Shown piece by piece: positions 33,947 to 34,269 of a DNA stretch of 34,269 nt. The notes beneath the pieces are model-generated. The model worked only from the letters and a program-made list of their open reading frames with translations, searched no databases and was not told where the DNA came from. The first letter of the stretch is position 1. Every line of letters starts with the position of its first letter. Source of the stretch: a virus. Taxonomy: Duplodnaviria > Caudoviricetes. The stretch covers positions 1 to 34,269 of IMG/VR virus record IMGVR_UViG_3300047474_000368, one strand, 5' to 3'. Both the position numbers and the translations under genes were made by a program.

Positions 33947-34269
33947 GAAGCCTAAAGAAAGGAAGTACGTCAAACCTACTGACGGTAGAAAGAACAACGG
34001 TAGGAAGAGAGGCGAGAAGGTGAACAAGCCTGTTAAGAAGGTTATGGCTACCCCTAGTGCTATGAACAAGGCCAAGAAGGATAGAGTCAATATCTACGCT
34101 TTAAACGCAATGAAGCAAGTGTTTGGTTCTGAAGAGGCAGCCTGGGAATCACTAGCAGAGAAAGCTAAGGATTCATTCCCTCACCTTAAATTATTATTTG
34201 AATATAAATATGGTAAGCCAGAAGATCAAGATATGAATGAAGGAAAACCTAAAGTGAATATAAACATTA
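33939..34269 (+). CDS. Putative terminase small subunit, 5' part (136 aa when circularised)
   Basis: ATG 33939; basic N-terminus DGRKNNGRKRG; in frame across the junction to stop at 191. Confidence 0.65.
   Translation, partial: MGRKPKERKYVKPTDGRKNNGRKRGEKVNKPVKKVMATPSAMNKAKKDRVNIYALNAMKQVFGSEEAAWESLAEKAKDSFPHLKLLFEYKYGKPEDQDMNEGKPKVNINI
34159..34269. repeat. Terminal direct repeat copy 2
   Basis: Identical to 1-111. Confidence 0.95.

Noticed and set aside
1-34269. Alternative genetic code, tRNA genes, introns or lysogeny module
   Set aside because: Genes tile densely under the standard code with all three stops used; no cloverleaf, interrupted core gene, integrase or repressor was recognised by eye (tRNAscan and HMM searches not run).

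Overview
This looks like a complete, circularly assembled ~34.2-kb tailed dsDNA phage genome: bases 1-111 equal 34159-34269, giving a unit length of 34,158 bp. It is most likely a siphovirus-like phage of an aquatic Bacteroidota (Flavobacteriia-like) host, judged from TTTG-N19-21-TAnnTTTG promoters and A-rich leaders without Shine-Dalgarno sites. Layout: terminase small (wraps the origin) and large subunits; a structured repeat region; a compositionally distinct early operon (GP88-like protein plus micro-ORFs); an antisense GIY-YIG endonuclease; two candidate small RNAs; tail and head modules in an unusual order; a LamG tail fibre; a large lysis region with two M15 peptidases; and a recombination/replication/transcription module (ERF, SF4-like ATPase, endonuclease I-like, ECF-like sigma, RecE-like, DnaA domain IV-like). 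No integrase, DNA polymerase, primase or reverse transcriptase was recognised. The strongest hidden signals are: (i) a phage sigma factor plus a recurring AC(A/G)-N14-15-AGTTA motif, three copies exactly 7 nt before ATG and one driving an ORF-less RNA; (ii) a -1 frameshift with a long dual-coding overlap in the tail chaperone; (iii) promoter-defined antisense non-coding RNAs; (iv) GTAGGTT-containing repeat arrays bracketing the early operon. All protein calls come from motif recognition by eye; no database search was run.
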